Shown piece by piece: positions 63,375 to 64,000 of a stretch of 64,000 nucleotides of DNA; position 1 is the first letter of the stretch, and every line of letters starts with the position of its first letter. A program made the position numbers and the translations under genes. The notes below the pieces were generated by a model. The model was not told where the DNA came from, made no database searches, and saw nothing but the letters and a program-made list of their open reading frames with translations. Origin of the DNA: Narcine bancroftii (lineage: Eukaryota); assembly GCF_036971445.1 (NCBI RefSeq), contig NC_091480.1, positions 3,534,001 to 3,598,000 on the forward strand. Direction: 5' to 3'.

Positions 63375-64000
63375 ATCATTCAAACTAGAATGGTTGGGGG
63401 GAGGGAACAAAATAGTACAGAGCAGTAAGGAGAAGGTTAGAATGCAAACAAAGAAAGTTTGTAGTAAGTATTTGAATATGGATGAGCAGGTGATAGAGAA
63501 GGGAAATGCTCTGGAAGAAGATGAAGGGCAATTGGCAGGAAAAGTAAATAATGTTGTTCTTAAAGATGAGGGAAAACAGGGATTAAAAATTGGGAAATCC
63601 CTGAAATTCATATATTTTAATGCCAGGAGTATTGTAAAAAAGGTGGATGAGCTGAAGGTGTGGATTGATACTTGGAAGTATGATGTGGTAGCGATTAGTG
63701 AGACATGGTTGCAGGAGGGATGTGATTGGCAACTGAATATCCCTGGGTTTCGTTGTTTTAGGTGTGATAGAGTCGGAGGGGCAAGAGGAGGTGGGGTTGC
63801 ATTGCTTGTCAGGGAAAATATTACAGCGGTGCCTAGGAAAGATAGATTAGAGGGCACATCCACGGAGGCTATTTGGGTGGAACTGAGGAGTAGGAAAGGA
63901 GAGGTTACACTTGTAGGGGTGTATTATAGACCACCCGGAGGGGACCGAGACCAAGAGGAGCAAATCTGTAGGGAGATAGTAGATATTTGTGATAAGCACA
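63375..64000 (+). mobile_element. Young CR1 LINE, ORF2 endonuclease start, runs off the window
   Basis: Uninterrupted frame FIYFNARSIVKKVDEL...VAISETWLQ...DRVGGARGGGVALLV...GVYYRPP. Confidence 0.88.

Overview
Eukaryotic (vertebrate) genomic DNA. The dense CR1/L1/RTE/Penelope LINE content and the SINE family suggest a cartilaginous fish, probably a ray (inference). Two + strand spliced genes can be reconstructed by eye. TEDC2 (C16orf59) is complete, with 10 coding exons at 29039-47738 and about 526-539 aa depending on the exon 3 donor. CCNF (cyclin F) has coding exons 1-4 at 52802-57384 and runs off the window. The rest is mostly nested transposon relics and tandem repeats, and almost all long six-frame ORFs are repeat artefacts. 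Best leads: a U12 (minor-spliceosome) intron in TEDC2; a 57-bp fold-back telomeric insert with an 8-bp duplication nested in a MITE inside an L1; TEDC2 upstream of CCNF (reverse of the human order as I recall it); contrasting RFX/E2F versus NF-Y/CHR promoters, each bracketed by G-rich VNTRs; and Penelope-derived minimal hammerhead motifs. I see no convincing wholly new multi-gene system.
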